A stretch of DNA of 64,000 nt from an uncultured virus (IMG/VR IMGVR_UViG_3300000115_000013) (lineage: Duplodnaviria; Heunggongvirae; Uroviricota; Caudoviricetes): the IMG/VR virus record IMGVR_UViG_3300000115_000013, positions 1 through 64,000 of that record; one strand, 5' to 3'. Within the stretch, counting starts at the first letter, position 1, and each line of letters begins with the position of its first letter. The translations under genes were made by a program, and so were the position numbers. Positions 19,032 to 27,136 of this stretch are shown one piece after another. The notes under the pieces were generated by a model. The model was not told the origin of the DNA and searched no databases. It saw only the letters and a program-made list of their open reading frames with translations.

Positions 19032-19238
19032 TTAGCTAAAATGTACATTTAACATTTCAATACGATCAGTTGCCGCGGCCATTTTATCAAGTTCTTCTTG
19101 AATAGCCTCAACAATATCGCTATGTTCGCCTATGCCTACACTTTGATGCATATACACCATGATGTTGGTTTTTGCACGTTCTAGTTCACCTTCGGCGTGC
19201 ATACGTGCTGCTTTTACTAATTGTGCGCTCATACTCAT
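19032..19238 (-). CDS. Small hypothetical protein of a type common in marine T4-like phages
   Basis: VGIGEHSDIVEAIQEEL motif; GGAGA SD. Confidence 0.65.
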   Translation of the reverse strand: MSMSAQLVKAARMHAEGELERAKTNIMVYMHQSVGIGEHSDIVEAIQEELDKMAAATDRIEMLNVHFS

Positions 19239-19249
19239 TGTTTTCTCCT

Positions 19250-19681
19250 TTACTCGTGTTCGCCGCCTAAACCGCGGCTATTATATGCGCCAAACATATT
19301 TGGTTTACGTTTGGCTGTTTCAAATGTTGCTACTGTAATTGCAATAGCACCTAGTAATAGTGCATGTAACACCATACTAAAAATTCCTGCCCACATACTA
19401 CCTACGATGATAGCAAATACAATACACCACATCCATGCTAATACCTGCATAATCATATGGCGTGTACTAAAATCAGGAATATTGCTTAGTGGATTTTTCT
19501 CATAATCCATTACTACATTCCAACAATTATATACCCATTCTCTCATTGATATTACCTTTCTAAATATTACTTTTGTAGGATAATGAGCATCAACATCATC
19601 TCGATACTCTATTGCATCGTTCACATCATGAAACTCTTGTTCAACCTTACGTTCTTTGAAGTATGCTGTTACTCTATACAT
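19250..19681 (-). CDS. Hypothetical membrane protein (possible internal start at MREWV)
   Basis: Two hydrophobic helices in the C-terminal half. Confidence 0.55.
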   Translation of the reverse strand: MYRVTAYFKERKVEQEFHDVNDAIEYRDDVDAHYPTKVIFRKVISMREWVYNCWNVVMDYEKNPLSNIPDFSTRHMIMQVLAWMWCIVFAIIVGSMWAGIFSMVLHALLLGAIAITVATFETAKRKPNMFGAYNSRGLGGEHE

Positions 19682-19701
19682 TATTTAATCCATTGTTGTT
19701 G

Positions 19702-19777
19702 TGGTGCCGCAACCAAGATTCGAACTCGGGACCTACTGATTACAAATCAGTTGCTCTACCAACTGAGCTATTGCGGC
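19702..19777 (-). tRNA. tRNA-Thr(TGT)
   Basis: Cloverleaf; loop TTTGTAA; GTTCGAA T-loop; encoded CCA. Confidence 0.95.
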
Positions 19778-19778
19778 G

Positions 19779-19853
19779 TTATCGTTTTACTCTGCAATTA
19801 GGACAAAAATCGTTATGACCTAATTCTGTTTTACAATCTGGACAAGTTTTCAT
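19779..19853 (-). CDS. 24-aa zinc-ribbon micro-protein MKTCPDCKTELGHNDFCPNCRVKR
   Basis: Two CxxC motifs; TAAGTA-N5-ATG; fills the gap between two tRNAs. Confidence 0.6.
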   Translation of the reverse strand: MKTCPDCKTELGHNDFCPNCRVKR

Positions 19854-19878
19854 AAAAATACTTATCCGTGGGTTAATT

Positions 19879-19962
19879 TGGTACTCGCACCCGGACTCGA
19901 ACCGGGACGCCTTACGGCCACAGATTTTAAGTCTGTTATGTCTACCATTCCATCATGCGAGC
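19879..19962 (-). tRNA. tRNA-Leu(TAA)
   Basis: Loop CTTAAAA; long variable arm; A73; CCA. Confidence 0.93.
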
Positions 19963-19965
19963 ATC

Positions 19966-20055
19966 TGGCAGTGAGGGTGGGATTCGAACCCACGGAACGC
20001 TTGCACGTTCTCCGGATTAGTAATCCGGCGCTTTCGGCCACTCAGCCACCTCACC
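19966..20055 (-). tRNA. tRNA-Ser(ACT), unusual A34 anticodon
   Basis: Stem CCGGA/TCCGG; loop TTACTAA; long variable arm; G73; CCA. Confidence 0.88.
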
Positions 20056-20059
20056 TTAA

Positions 20060-20245
20060 CACTTGTAGGATTCAGGAAGGTCACTAGGTAATTACTCCTA
20101 TTAATTTCCAACGCCTGTCGAAGCTAGATATGACTATGCATAGATTTTAACTATCTAGTCTTCCGACGATTTTCCTACTGTACAAAGAACGTTGCAGTTT
20201 ACTCTTATCAGTTTATTCCTGCGGTGTTCTCTGCACCATAAACTT
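20060..20245 (-). ncRNA. Candidate structured RNA inside the tRNA cluster
   Basis: Nested helices 20065-20070/20173-20178 and 20117-20130/20152-20167, plus a 5' hairpin. Confidence 0.4.
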
Positions 20246-20319
20246 TGGCAAAGGTGAGGAGAATCGAACTCCTGCTTCTGGTTTTGGAGACCAGCGTGAT
20301 ACCATTTCACCACACCCTT
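20246..20319 (-). tRNA. tRNA-Trp(CCA)
   Basis: Loop CTCCAAA; G73; CCA. Confidence 0.93.
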
Positions 20320-20324
20320 ATAAT

Positions 20325-20401
20325 TGGTACTCCCCACAGGACTCGAACCTGTAACCAAAACGTTATGAGCGTTCTGCTCTAACCAATTGAGCTAGAAGAG
20401 T
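20325..20401 (-). tRNA. tRNA with CAT anticodon (Ile2-lysidine type or elongator Met)
   Basis: Loop CTCATAA; A73; C4-G69; resembles the ileX type; CCA. Confidence 0.88.
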
Positions 20402-20409
20402 ACATATTC

Positions 20410-20486
20410 TGGCGGACCCTAGAGGATTCGAACCTCTGACCTAGTGCTTAGAAGGCACTTGCTCTATCCAGCTGAGCTAAGGGACC
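20410..20486 (-). tRNA. tRNA-Arg(TCT)
   Basis: Loop CTTCTAA; A20; CCA. Confidence 0.93.
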
Positions 20487-21340
20487 TGTTTCATTTTATA
20501 AACATCATATTTACTGTCGTAACTTGTTGCATTAACTATATTAGAAATAAACCCTGTTGTCAAGTCTAAAGTTTCATTTTCTGTTATGGTTTTAAATAAT
20601 TTATCAGCTAGTATAGTATGGTTATCCATTATTAGATGGTTAACCCTGCCGTCAGCTCCACCGCAAATATCCATAAATGCTGTCCAAAGACTTTGTTCAT
20701 CTCTTTTTTCTGATTGCCATTCATTAGCACTAACTGAATTTAAATTTCCAATTGAATTAAAATTATTATTCCATTTAGTTACTTCACTATTTTCATAAAT
20801 TGGGATATTAATTATTTGATACCCCTCATGCTGTTGCATATTAAAATACGCTAATACAGATACTCCGTACAATTCCTCCATTACTGGATCAGCTATATTA
20901 ATAACATATTGCCTAGCTGCTTCTGCTTGATAAAGAGACTTTTGTCTTGTTTCAGGATCATGACGTGCTGTCATTTTTTTAAGATATTCTACGTTTAGTG
21001 TGCTATCTGTTTTGATAAAATTAATAAAGTTACTAAGCTCTGGAGATTTTTGTATAAACCATCTGCGAGCAGGCATTGTATGTCCAATTATAATAACGTC
21101 ATTTTCTTTATCAATATCAGATCTTTCTTGAACATATCTCCATTGAATGTAATCCAATCCTATCCCTGGCATACCGTGATTACAAATTTCAGACAACCCA
21201 AGTTTTTGACATAATAAAGATTGCCAAGTCATTGAAAAGTCTTTTTTAGTTTCTTCTATAAACACCAAGTCATTTACTAACATTCTTTTTTCTAATGGTG
21301 CGTTTGTGAAACTATCACCAAAGATCCATAGTTTACCCAT
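20477..21340 (-). CDS. SGNH/GDSL-like protein (paralogue of 57408-58142)
   Basis: LWIFGDSF, PGIG, RRWFI, DGRVNHL. Confidence 0.55.
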   Translation of the reverse strand: MGKLWIFGDSFTNAPLEKRMLVNDLVFIEETKKDFSMTWQSLLCQKLGLSEICNHGMPGIGLDYIQWRYVQERSDIDKENDVIIIGHTMPARRWFIQKSPELSNFINFIKTDSTLNVEYLKKMTARHDPETRQKSLYQAEAARQYVINIADPVMEELYGVSVLAYFNMQQHEGYQIINIPIYENSEVTKWNNNFNSIGNLNSVSANEWQSEKRDEQSLWTAFMDICGGADGRVNHLIMDNHTILADKLFKTITENETLDLTTGFISNIVNATSYDSKYDVYKMKQVP

Positions 21341-21574
21341 TTAAAATGCCATTTCAATTTGTGTATCAACAGCAACTTCTTCTTCATTTGCAATAATAGC
21401 TGACACAATTTCATCAAATGATTCATAAAACTGTTCATCATCTTTCCAGAAAGAACGACATTCTGCGTATGCATCTGCATCCACGAAGCTCCAATTAATA
21501 GAACCATCTTCATTAAGGTTCTCTTCTTTTTCAATTGCGTCACGGATTTCGATTTCTAACATTGAGTGAATCAT
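21341..21574 (-). CDS. Acidic hypothetical protein
   Basis: 77-aa ORF with AAGGA SD and an upstream TTGACA promoter. Confidence 0.6.
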   Translation of the reverse strand: MIHSMLEIEIRDAIEKEENLNEDGSINWSFVDADAYAECRSFWKDDEQFYESFDEIVSAIIANEEEVAVDTQIEMAF

Positions 21575-21618
21575 TTAGTATTCCTTTGTTTCGCTGTTTC
21601 TATATATCATATATAGCA

Positions 21619-22020
21619 TCAAGAGTTCCTAGTGTCAACACTGTTATTAAAACTTTCTAACATTTTTTCTTGTTCAGCATATGCTTCAATCTCCCAAGGA
21701 CGATCAAAATAAGGAATGTCACTAGGCTCAAACATTGGAAACTCTTTACGTACTGCCTGCTTTACATGTACCATTTCGTGAAAGATAGCAGTAATTAAAT
21801 CTTCGTAGCTAAGTCCTTTGCGAACTCTTAGTTCATATTCTCTATCATCATCACCATCTATTAGATCTGCTTCAGCACTTAATCCAGGTGCAATTTCAAC
21901 ATCAACTGTCAGTTTACGATGCTTGGGAAGTAGATATGATTTAGCAAACCAAAGTGCTTCAGTTACCGCTGCACGTTCTTTTTTAGTTCCGCCAATTACT
22001 GAATAAAGCATATGTACCAT
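21619..22020 (-). CDS. HExxH zinc-metallopeptidase-like protein
   Basis: IFHEMVHVKQ...PWEIEAY. Confidence 0.7.
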   Translation of the reverse strand: MVHMLYSVIGGTKKERAAVTEALWFAKSYLLPKHRKLTVDVEIAPGLSAEADLIDGDDDREYELRVRKGLSYEDLITAIFHEMVHVKQAVRKEFPMFEPSDIPYFDRPWEIEAYAEQEKMLESFNNSVDTRNS

Positions 22021-22075
22021 CTCCGCTATTACTCTTATACCATATAGTAAGACGTATTGGTAGTCAACCTTTTTC

Positions 22076-22498
22076 TTAAAGTTTTTCTATTCTTTTTTCG
22101 TGTCTGCCACCTTCAAATTCTGTAGTGAGAAAGGTGTCAACTATGTTAATAATCCAAGCTGGATCAGTTACTCTAGCACCCAAACATAATACATTTGCAT
22201 TGTTATGCTGTCTTGTAAGCATTGCAGTATGTGTATCTTTACAAAGCCCTGCACGAATCTTTGGATTACGATTAGCTGTCATACTCATACCAATACCTGT
22301 GCCGCACACTAGGATACCAAAGCCTGCGCCGCCATCCGCTACAAGTTCACATACACCTTTAGCAAAGTCTGGGTAGTCACAACTTTCCTCACTATCACAA
22401 CCCCAATCTCGAACATTGTGTCCTTGGTCCATTAACCATTCACTAATTGCTTGTTTTGTTTTGTAACCTCCATGATCACTTGCTATTGTTATAATCAT
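22076..22498 (-). CDS. rpiB: Ribose-5-phosphate isomerase B
   Basis: ASDHGG, DYPDFA, CGTGIGMS, HNNANVLCLGAR, FEGGRH. Confidence 0.95.
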   Translation of the reverse strand: MIITIASDHGGYKTKQAISEWLMDQGHNVRDWGCDSEESCDYPDFAKGVCELVADGGAGFGILVCGTGIGMSMTANRNPKIRAGLCKDTHTAMLTRQHNNANVLCLGARVTDPAWIINIVDTFLTTEFEGGRHEKRIEKL

Positions 22499-22716
22499 TT
22501 TCTCTTTGCTTTCCTCGCTTTGGGTTTGGGTTTAGCCTTAGGCTTTATTTCTTCAACTTTCTTTAAGTTACTATATCGTAACAATGGACCAACAGCCGCT
22601 TCTACTTGGCTATCAGTCCATTTAAATTTTTTCTTTACATCACTATACAACAACTCTTTATCACTATAGATGGAAATCATACTATGAAGTATCTTATCAA
22701 TTTCCATCCAATTCAT
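22495..22716 (-). CDS. Hypothetical protein with Lys-rich tail
   Basis: Coupled by ATGA overlaps on both sides. Confidence 0.55.
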   Translation of the reverse strand: MNWMEIDKILHSMISIYSDKELLYSDVKKKFKWTDSQVEAAVGPLLRYSNLKKVEEIKPKAKPKPKARKAKRK

Positions 22717-23171
22717 AAACTAATATCTTCCAGACCTGCTGCACGTAGTTTTACAATGTTATTAATTTGAAATTGTTTGGCATCAAGTGCTTTAACTAAT
22801 CCCATAAACTTGTTCCTTACTAATGAAAGCTCATTAATAATATGTTGTTGGTCAATTACTTCACTTTCGCCATCAGCAAATTTTTCTGCATCTCTACTTG
22901 AAAGTGCCTTGTTATATCCTTCCAAATATATGCGATAATGCTTATTGCGTATTTTACGCATTTCAATATTCAAATATTCAAGTATAGCTTCTAGTTCCTG
23001 TAACTGATTAAATCGATATTCTACTATACCAGGCATATCTCTACTGTGTCTCTCAACGTTTCCTTTGAGACCACATTCAAGTTTTGCTTCTTGTAATTGT
23101 AGTTCGAAGTAATCAATTGCAGGAATAATGTTAGCTAAGTCTTGGCGTATTTTACCAAACCATGCGCTCAT
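22713..23171 (-). CDS. uvsY: Recombination mediator UvsY-like
   Basis: Helical; C-terminal LDAKQFQINNIVKLRAAG; near uvsX. Confidence 0.75.
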   Translation of the reverse strand: MSAWFGKIRQDLANIIPAIDYFELQLQEAKLECGLKGNVERHSRDMPGIVEYRFNQLQELEAILEYLNIEMRKIRNKHYRIYLEGYNKALSSRDAEKFADGESEVIDQQHIINELSLVRNKFMGLVKALDAKQFQINNIVKLRAAGLEDISL

Positions 23172-23425
23172 TACCAGTCGTCATCCTCATCTTGTTCATA
23201 GTCACCACCAGTGGGCTCACTATAAAAGTTTTCTTTGAGTGATTTATCAAGTGTATTATCATAGCCAAACCATTCATCACCAACTTCACTTAAATCATGT
23301 AAATTTTCATTAATCAGTTCTAAATATTTTTCGCATGCAGAATCTCTATCTTTAGAATTAATGTAAGGCTTTAACGAAATCCAAATATCAATAAACGTAG
23401 ATAGTTCTGTTTCACTCATTTTCAT
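23171..23425 (-). CDS. Acidic hypothetical protein
   Basis: 84-aa ORF between uvsX and uvsY. Confidence 0.6.
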   Translation of the reverse strand: MKMSETELSTFIDIWISLKPYINSKDRDSACEKYLELINENLHDLSEVGDEWFGYDNTLDKSLKENFYSEPTGGDYEQDEDDDW

Positions 23426-24527
23426 ATGATTCGTTGTCCTCTAATACTTGGTCATCAGCTTGGTTATTTAGTTCATCGGCTGCTTTGTCAACAGCGATGT
23501 CATCCCATTCTGTCATAACTAGGTCAAGAGCACCATCTTTATTAGCATTCCAAGGTTTACGAAACATTTTAATTACTTCGCCAGTTACATGACTAGTATA
23601 TTCTAAACTATTGCCACTTTTCTTAAGAACCTCTTTTGCTTCTAAAAACTCAACAAGTCCACTATATGGTGACATTCCTGTCTCATATGGAATCTCCACT
23701 TGTACACTTTCAAAAGGTTTAGCATAACGTGTTTTCATTACTTTACACGCCGCTCTAATACCATGTACCTGTGATGTTTTGTTACCATCTGCATCAGTTT
23801 TTAGTTTAAGTTTACGCATGGCAACTACAATACTACTTGCGTAGATAAAGCCTTGTCCGCCACTAATCTTGTCATCTGGATCAAACATATCTTGTGATGC
23901 ATATGTATGGTTAGTTGCCATTAGTCCTACATTGTATTCTCCCAACATATTGACAGTATTACGAACCAATGACGTTAATGCCTTAGGCTTACGACCCAAG
24001 TCACCTTTCATATCACCTGCTTCAAACTGTTTAACATCAGTTGGCGTCAACATCATACCTAATGAGTCAATTACAAACAATACTTTAGGACGTTCATCCT
24101 TTTCTTTGTCTGCCCATTCTTTTTTGTAGTCTGTCATAAAATCACTCATAACTTTGGCTACATCGTCAATCATTGCTAAGTTAAGTTTTAGCAATTTGTC
24201 TGGACTTGTGTCTACATCCAGTGCATGTAACCAAGTCTCATCTAGTGCGTTTTCAGTATCAATTAGCACAACAAAGATGTTTTGGTCTTGTGCTTGTTTA
24301 ACAATATTACCAGCCGCAATATATGACTTACCTGCGCCACTTTCTCCAGCCAATACTGATACTTTACCTAGTGGAATACCTTTATTAAAGTCTCCACTGA
24401 TTAGTTTGTTTAGTGTATAATTACCTGTTGAAATCCATGTATCTGGATCATTAAACCCAACACTTAGTCCGGGCACCGCTTTGGTAATACTTTTGCGGAA
24501 TTTACTTACGTCAAAAGGTCTTGGCAT
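23412..24527 (-). CDS. uvsX: RecA-like recombinase UvsX
   Basis: WISTG, GESGAGKS, IDTE, VIDSLG, SGG, KTR. Confidence 0.92.
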   Translation of the reverse strand: MPRPFDVSKFRKSITKAVPGLSVGFNDPDTWISTGNYTLNKLISGDFNKGIPLGKVSVLAGESGAGKSYIAAGNIVKQAQDQNIFVVLIDTENALDETWLHALDVDTSPDKLLKLNLAMIDDVAKVMSDFMTDYKKEWADKEKDERPKVLFVIDSLGMMLTPTDVKQFEAGDMKGDLGRKPKALTSLVRNTVNMLGEYNVGLMATNHTYASQDMFDPDDKISGGQGFIYASSIVVAMRKLKLKTDADGNKTSQVHGIRAACKVMKTRYAKPFESVQVEIPYETGMSPYSGLVEFLEAKEVLKKSGNSLEYTSHVTGEVIKMFRKPWNANKDGALDLVMTEWDDIAVDKAADELNNQADDQVLEDNESYENE

Positions 24528-24550
24528 TTATGTCTCCTAATAAGAATAAT

Positions 24551-24575
24551 AGAAGGCAGCATAGTACTGCCTTCT
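24551..24575. terminator. Hairpin/terminator between gp32 and uvsX
   Basis: AGAAGGCAG-N7-CTGCCTTCT. Confidence 0.6.
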
Positions 24576-24592
24576 TTAAGATGTAAGGTTAA

Positions 24593-25645
24593 TTATGATC
24601 CGCGGTTACGGATAGCAGCAAGTATATCTTGTGCTGATGGTTTAGCTTCATCACCACCTGCTATCGCTGGCTCTGCTACTGGAGCAGGCTGCGGTGTTGG
24701 TGCTACTACTTCCTGTTGAACAGGGGGAGCAACTGGTACAGGCGCTGGTTGACCATCAGCAACTGGTGCTGGTGCTACTGGTGCTTGTGGAATGCTTGCC
24801 GCTGGTGCTTTACCAGCTGACGTATTTGGCGCACTATTTGATGTATCGATTTGTACACCACTTGGACGATAAAAATTACCCCAACGCTCTGCATCATATA
24901 ATTGCCCATCTACACTAGCTTCAAACATTTCAGCAATTACTGCTAATTCAGATTCGCTAGGTTGTTTAGGAAGATAGTCATTTAAGTTATACAACCCATG
25001 AGTATCAATTGCTGAACGCTCATTACTGTCTAAACTACGCTCACGGCGTGCCCAACTACTCGTACTATAATCACTATATTGACCTTTAGTAGTTTTAGTA
25101 AGACGGAAGTCAGTACCTTGTTCAATATCTGTTGGAAGTTCAACAAAATCTGTATCCATTAATGCACCTTTGATAATATTAAAGATACTTGGATTAATAA
25201 TAAATCTACGGATTGGATTATCTGGAGATTCCTCTTGTAAGCTATTTTCAGTTACAAAGCCTTGGAATACATATGAACGTTTTTTCCAATACTTACGACC
25301 CATTTCTTCTAAGTTAGGATCTTTAAACCAGGCACGTACTTCAGATAGTACTGGGCAACTGCCCACTGGCCCCCACATTTCATTACATGGAATATTAACA
25401 ATCACTTTACGACTGTCTGGTTGGTTTTTTACACCCGCAAATTCCATGCGGATCATTTGACGCTCTCTCCAAAAATACGGATTTTCCGTATCTCCATCTG
25501 GTAAAAAGCGAATCACGCTAGTTGTATTTTCTGGGATGTTCCAAAATGGGAAGATAGCGTTATCTCCACCAGTTGCTCCGCCTTGGCGTTGATTGCCTTG
25601 CTCAGATGCTTGTAATTTTGCTCGAATTTCTGCTAATGATGCCAT
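24593..25645 (-). CDS. 32: Single-stranded DNA-binding protein (gp32-like)
   Basis: IRFLP, C...CPV, YWKKRSY, GTDFRLTK, YSDYSTSSW; Pro/Ala-rich tail. Confidence 0.88.
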   Translation of the reverse strand: MASLAEIRAKLQASEQGNQRQGGATGGDNAIFPFWNIPENTTSVIRFLPDGDTENPYFWRERQMIRMEFAGVKNQPDSRKVIVNIPCNEMWGPVGSCPVLSEVRAWFKDPNLEEMGRKYWKKRSYVFQGFVTENSLQEESPDNPIRRFIINPSIFNIIKGALMDTDFVELPTDIEQGTDFRLTKTTKGQYSDYSTSSWARRERSLDSNERSAIDTHGLYNLNDYLPKQPSESELAVIAEMFEASVDGQLYDAERWGNFYRPSGVQIDTSNSAPNTSAGKAPAASIPQAPVAPAPVADGQPAPVPVAPPVQQEVVAPTPQPAPVAEPAIAGGDEAKPSAQDILAAIRNRGS

Positions 25646-25759
25646 AGTTTTAATCTCCTATTTGCCTATGTTTGTTTGCCTAAGTATGCCTTTGTGACAA
25701 CAGTGTATATAATAATACATGTTACCACTATATTACGTTTTGTCTAGATTGTCAAGATT

Positions 25760-27112
25760 TTATTTAAATAAATCATCAAACTCATAACTGTCGAGTGTGC
25801 TTTCAAATTGTGCTTCATAATCTACAGTGTTACGTTCACTGCTTTCACTTGTTTTAGCAGAAAGTTTTGGCATCATATTTTTGACTGCCGCAATACCTGC
25901 TGCTATTGTTGATTGATCAGTAACATCAGTTACCATACTACCAAACTGTTCAAGTAATCCTGATAGTTTTTCGTTTTCACAAACTGCTTCTGAAAAGTAT
26001 TTCATTGTCATTGCAAGTTGTGTATTAGCTGACGCAGATGCTGAATGTTCATTAACTAATGGATTTTCTGGATCTGATTTTGGATCAGCACCAGTGAAGT
26101 TAATAGTTTCCATTTCTGCAATTGCTTCTGCTAGTTCTTTAACTGTATTAGACGCTGCAATATTTGCTTCCTTAACGCCATTTATCTCTTTCATAATTGA
26201 ATTAACATATGGTAACGCATCTTCTAAATTTTCGTCAAAATGCCGTACTGTAAATTGGTTGCGTAGTGAAGTCTTATCTCTTTCGTTAATTTTTAACTCT
26301 CTTGATTCGAATGTATCACGCATAGCAGCATATCCTTTACTGCCTTTCATTTTACTAATTGTTTCTCTAACATGTTCTATTCTTGCTGTAACTGCTTCTA
26401 GAATATCGTTTGTCTCTTCATTTACTAATCCATTACGTTGACTATACTTTTTAAACTCTTTTAGTTTACTAAGTTCTTTACACTGTTCAATGATATGTTC
26501 TCCAAGATCGTCATGCATTTGTCCACCTTGTTGTATATGACGCAACATTGCTCGGCCACCTGCTAGATTTTTACTTGGAAATTTATGTCTTTCACCATCT
26601 GCGTTTTCAATATAGATAGCACTAATATTTCTACTTCTGCTACCACGTGTTTCTTCATTGACTGGTTTAGTGTGTTTAATAACCAACTTTGCTGATTCTA
26701 ATTTTTGATAACTACTTTTTGTGCTACCATATGCTGTGCTAATGCCTTCTTGTACATCTTGTTTCATATCTCTCGCCTTTTGTGCTTCAAAATCTTGATC
26801 TTTAGGAGTAATAGCTTTAGAAAAACTCTTTAGTGTATATTCTACTATACTTTTATTGGCTAAATTTTTTAACTGAGCCAATGTATCTTTTAGTTGTTCT
26901 ACACTAGTGGTTTGACTAACACTAACTCTAATTTCTCTATTAGCATTACTAGTTTCAAAATTAACCATTGCTCCCATATCTTTAACATAGAATCTACGAG
27001 CATTATTTGGATCAATAGTATTTTCACCTTCTTCAGTAAATAATTCTATATTATAACCGTTGCCTTTTAAAATTTTAAAAATACCAGTTGTTATTTTGTC
27101 ATCACTAATCAT
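25760..27112 (-). CDS. Hypothetical protein, probably late/virion
   Basis: 450-aa ORF after the terminase with TAAATA and AAGGA upstream. Confidence 0.6.
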   Translation of the reverse strand: MISDDKITTGIFKILKGNGYNIELFTEEGENTIDPNNARRFYVKDMGAMVNFETSNANREIRVSVSQTTSVEQLKDTLAQLKNLANKSIVEYTLKSFSKAITPKDQDFEAQKARDMKQDVQEGISTAYGSTKSSYQKLESAKLVIKHTKPVNEETRGSRSRNISAIYIENADGERHKFPSKNLAGGRAMLRHIQQGGQMHDDLGEHIIEQCKELSKLKEFKKYSQRNGLVNEETNDILEAVTARIEHVRETISKMKGSKGYAAMRDTFESRELKINERDKTSLRNQFTVRHFDENLEDALPYVNSIMKEINGVKEANIAASNTVKELAEAIAEMETINFTGADPKSDPENPLVNEHSASASANTQLAMTMKYFSEAVCENEKLSGLLEQFGSMVTDVTDQSTIAAGIAAVKNMMPKLSAKTSESSERNTVDYEAQFESTLDSYEFDDLFK

Positions 27113-27136
27113 ATCACGTCCTTTGTATTATTTATG

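Noticed and set aside
19966..20055. Amber-suppressor (CTA) reading of the tRNA loop TTACTAA, implying stop-codon recoding
   Set aside because: The 7-nt loop places ACT at positions 34-36, and conserved genes such as the primase and gp17 end normally at TAG under code 11
19878..20358. ORF-track entries overlapping the tRNAs (19878-20087, 20155-20358)
   Set aside because: They are shadow ORFs on tRNA sequence
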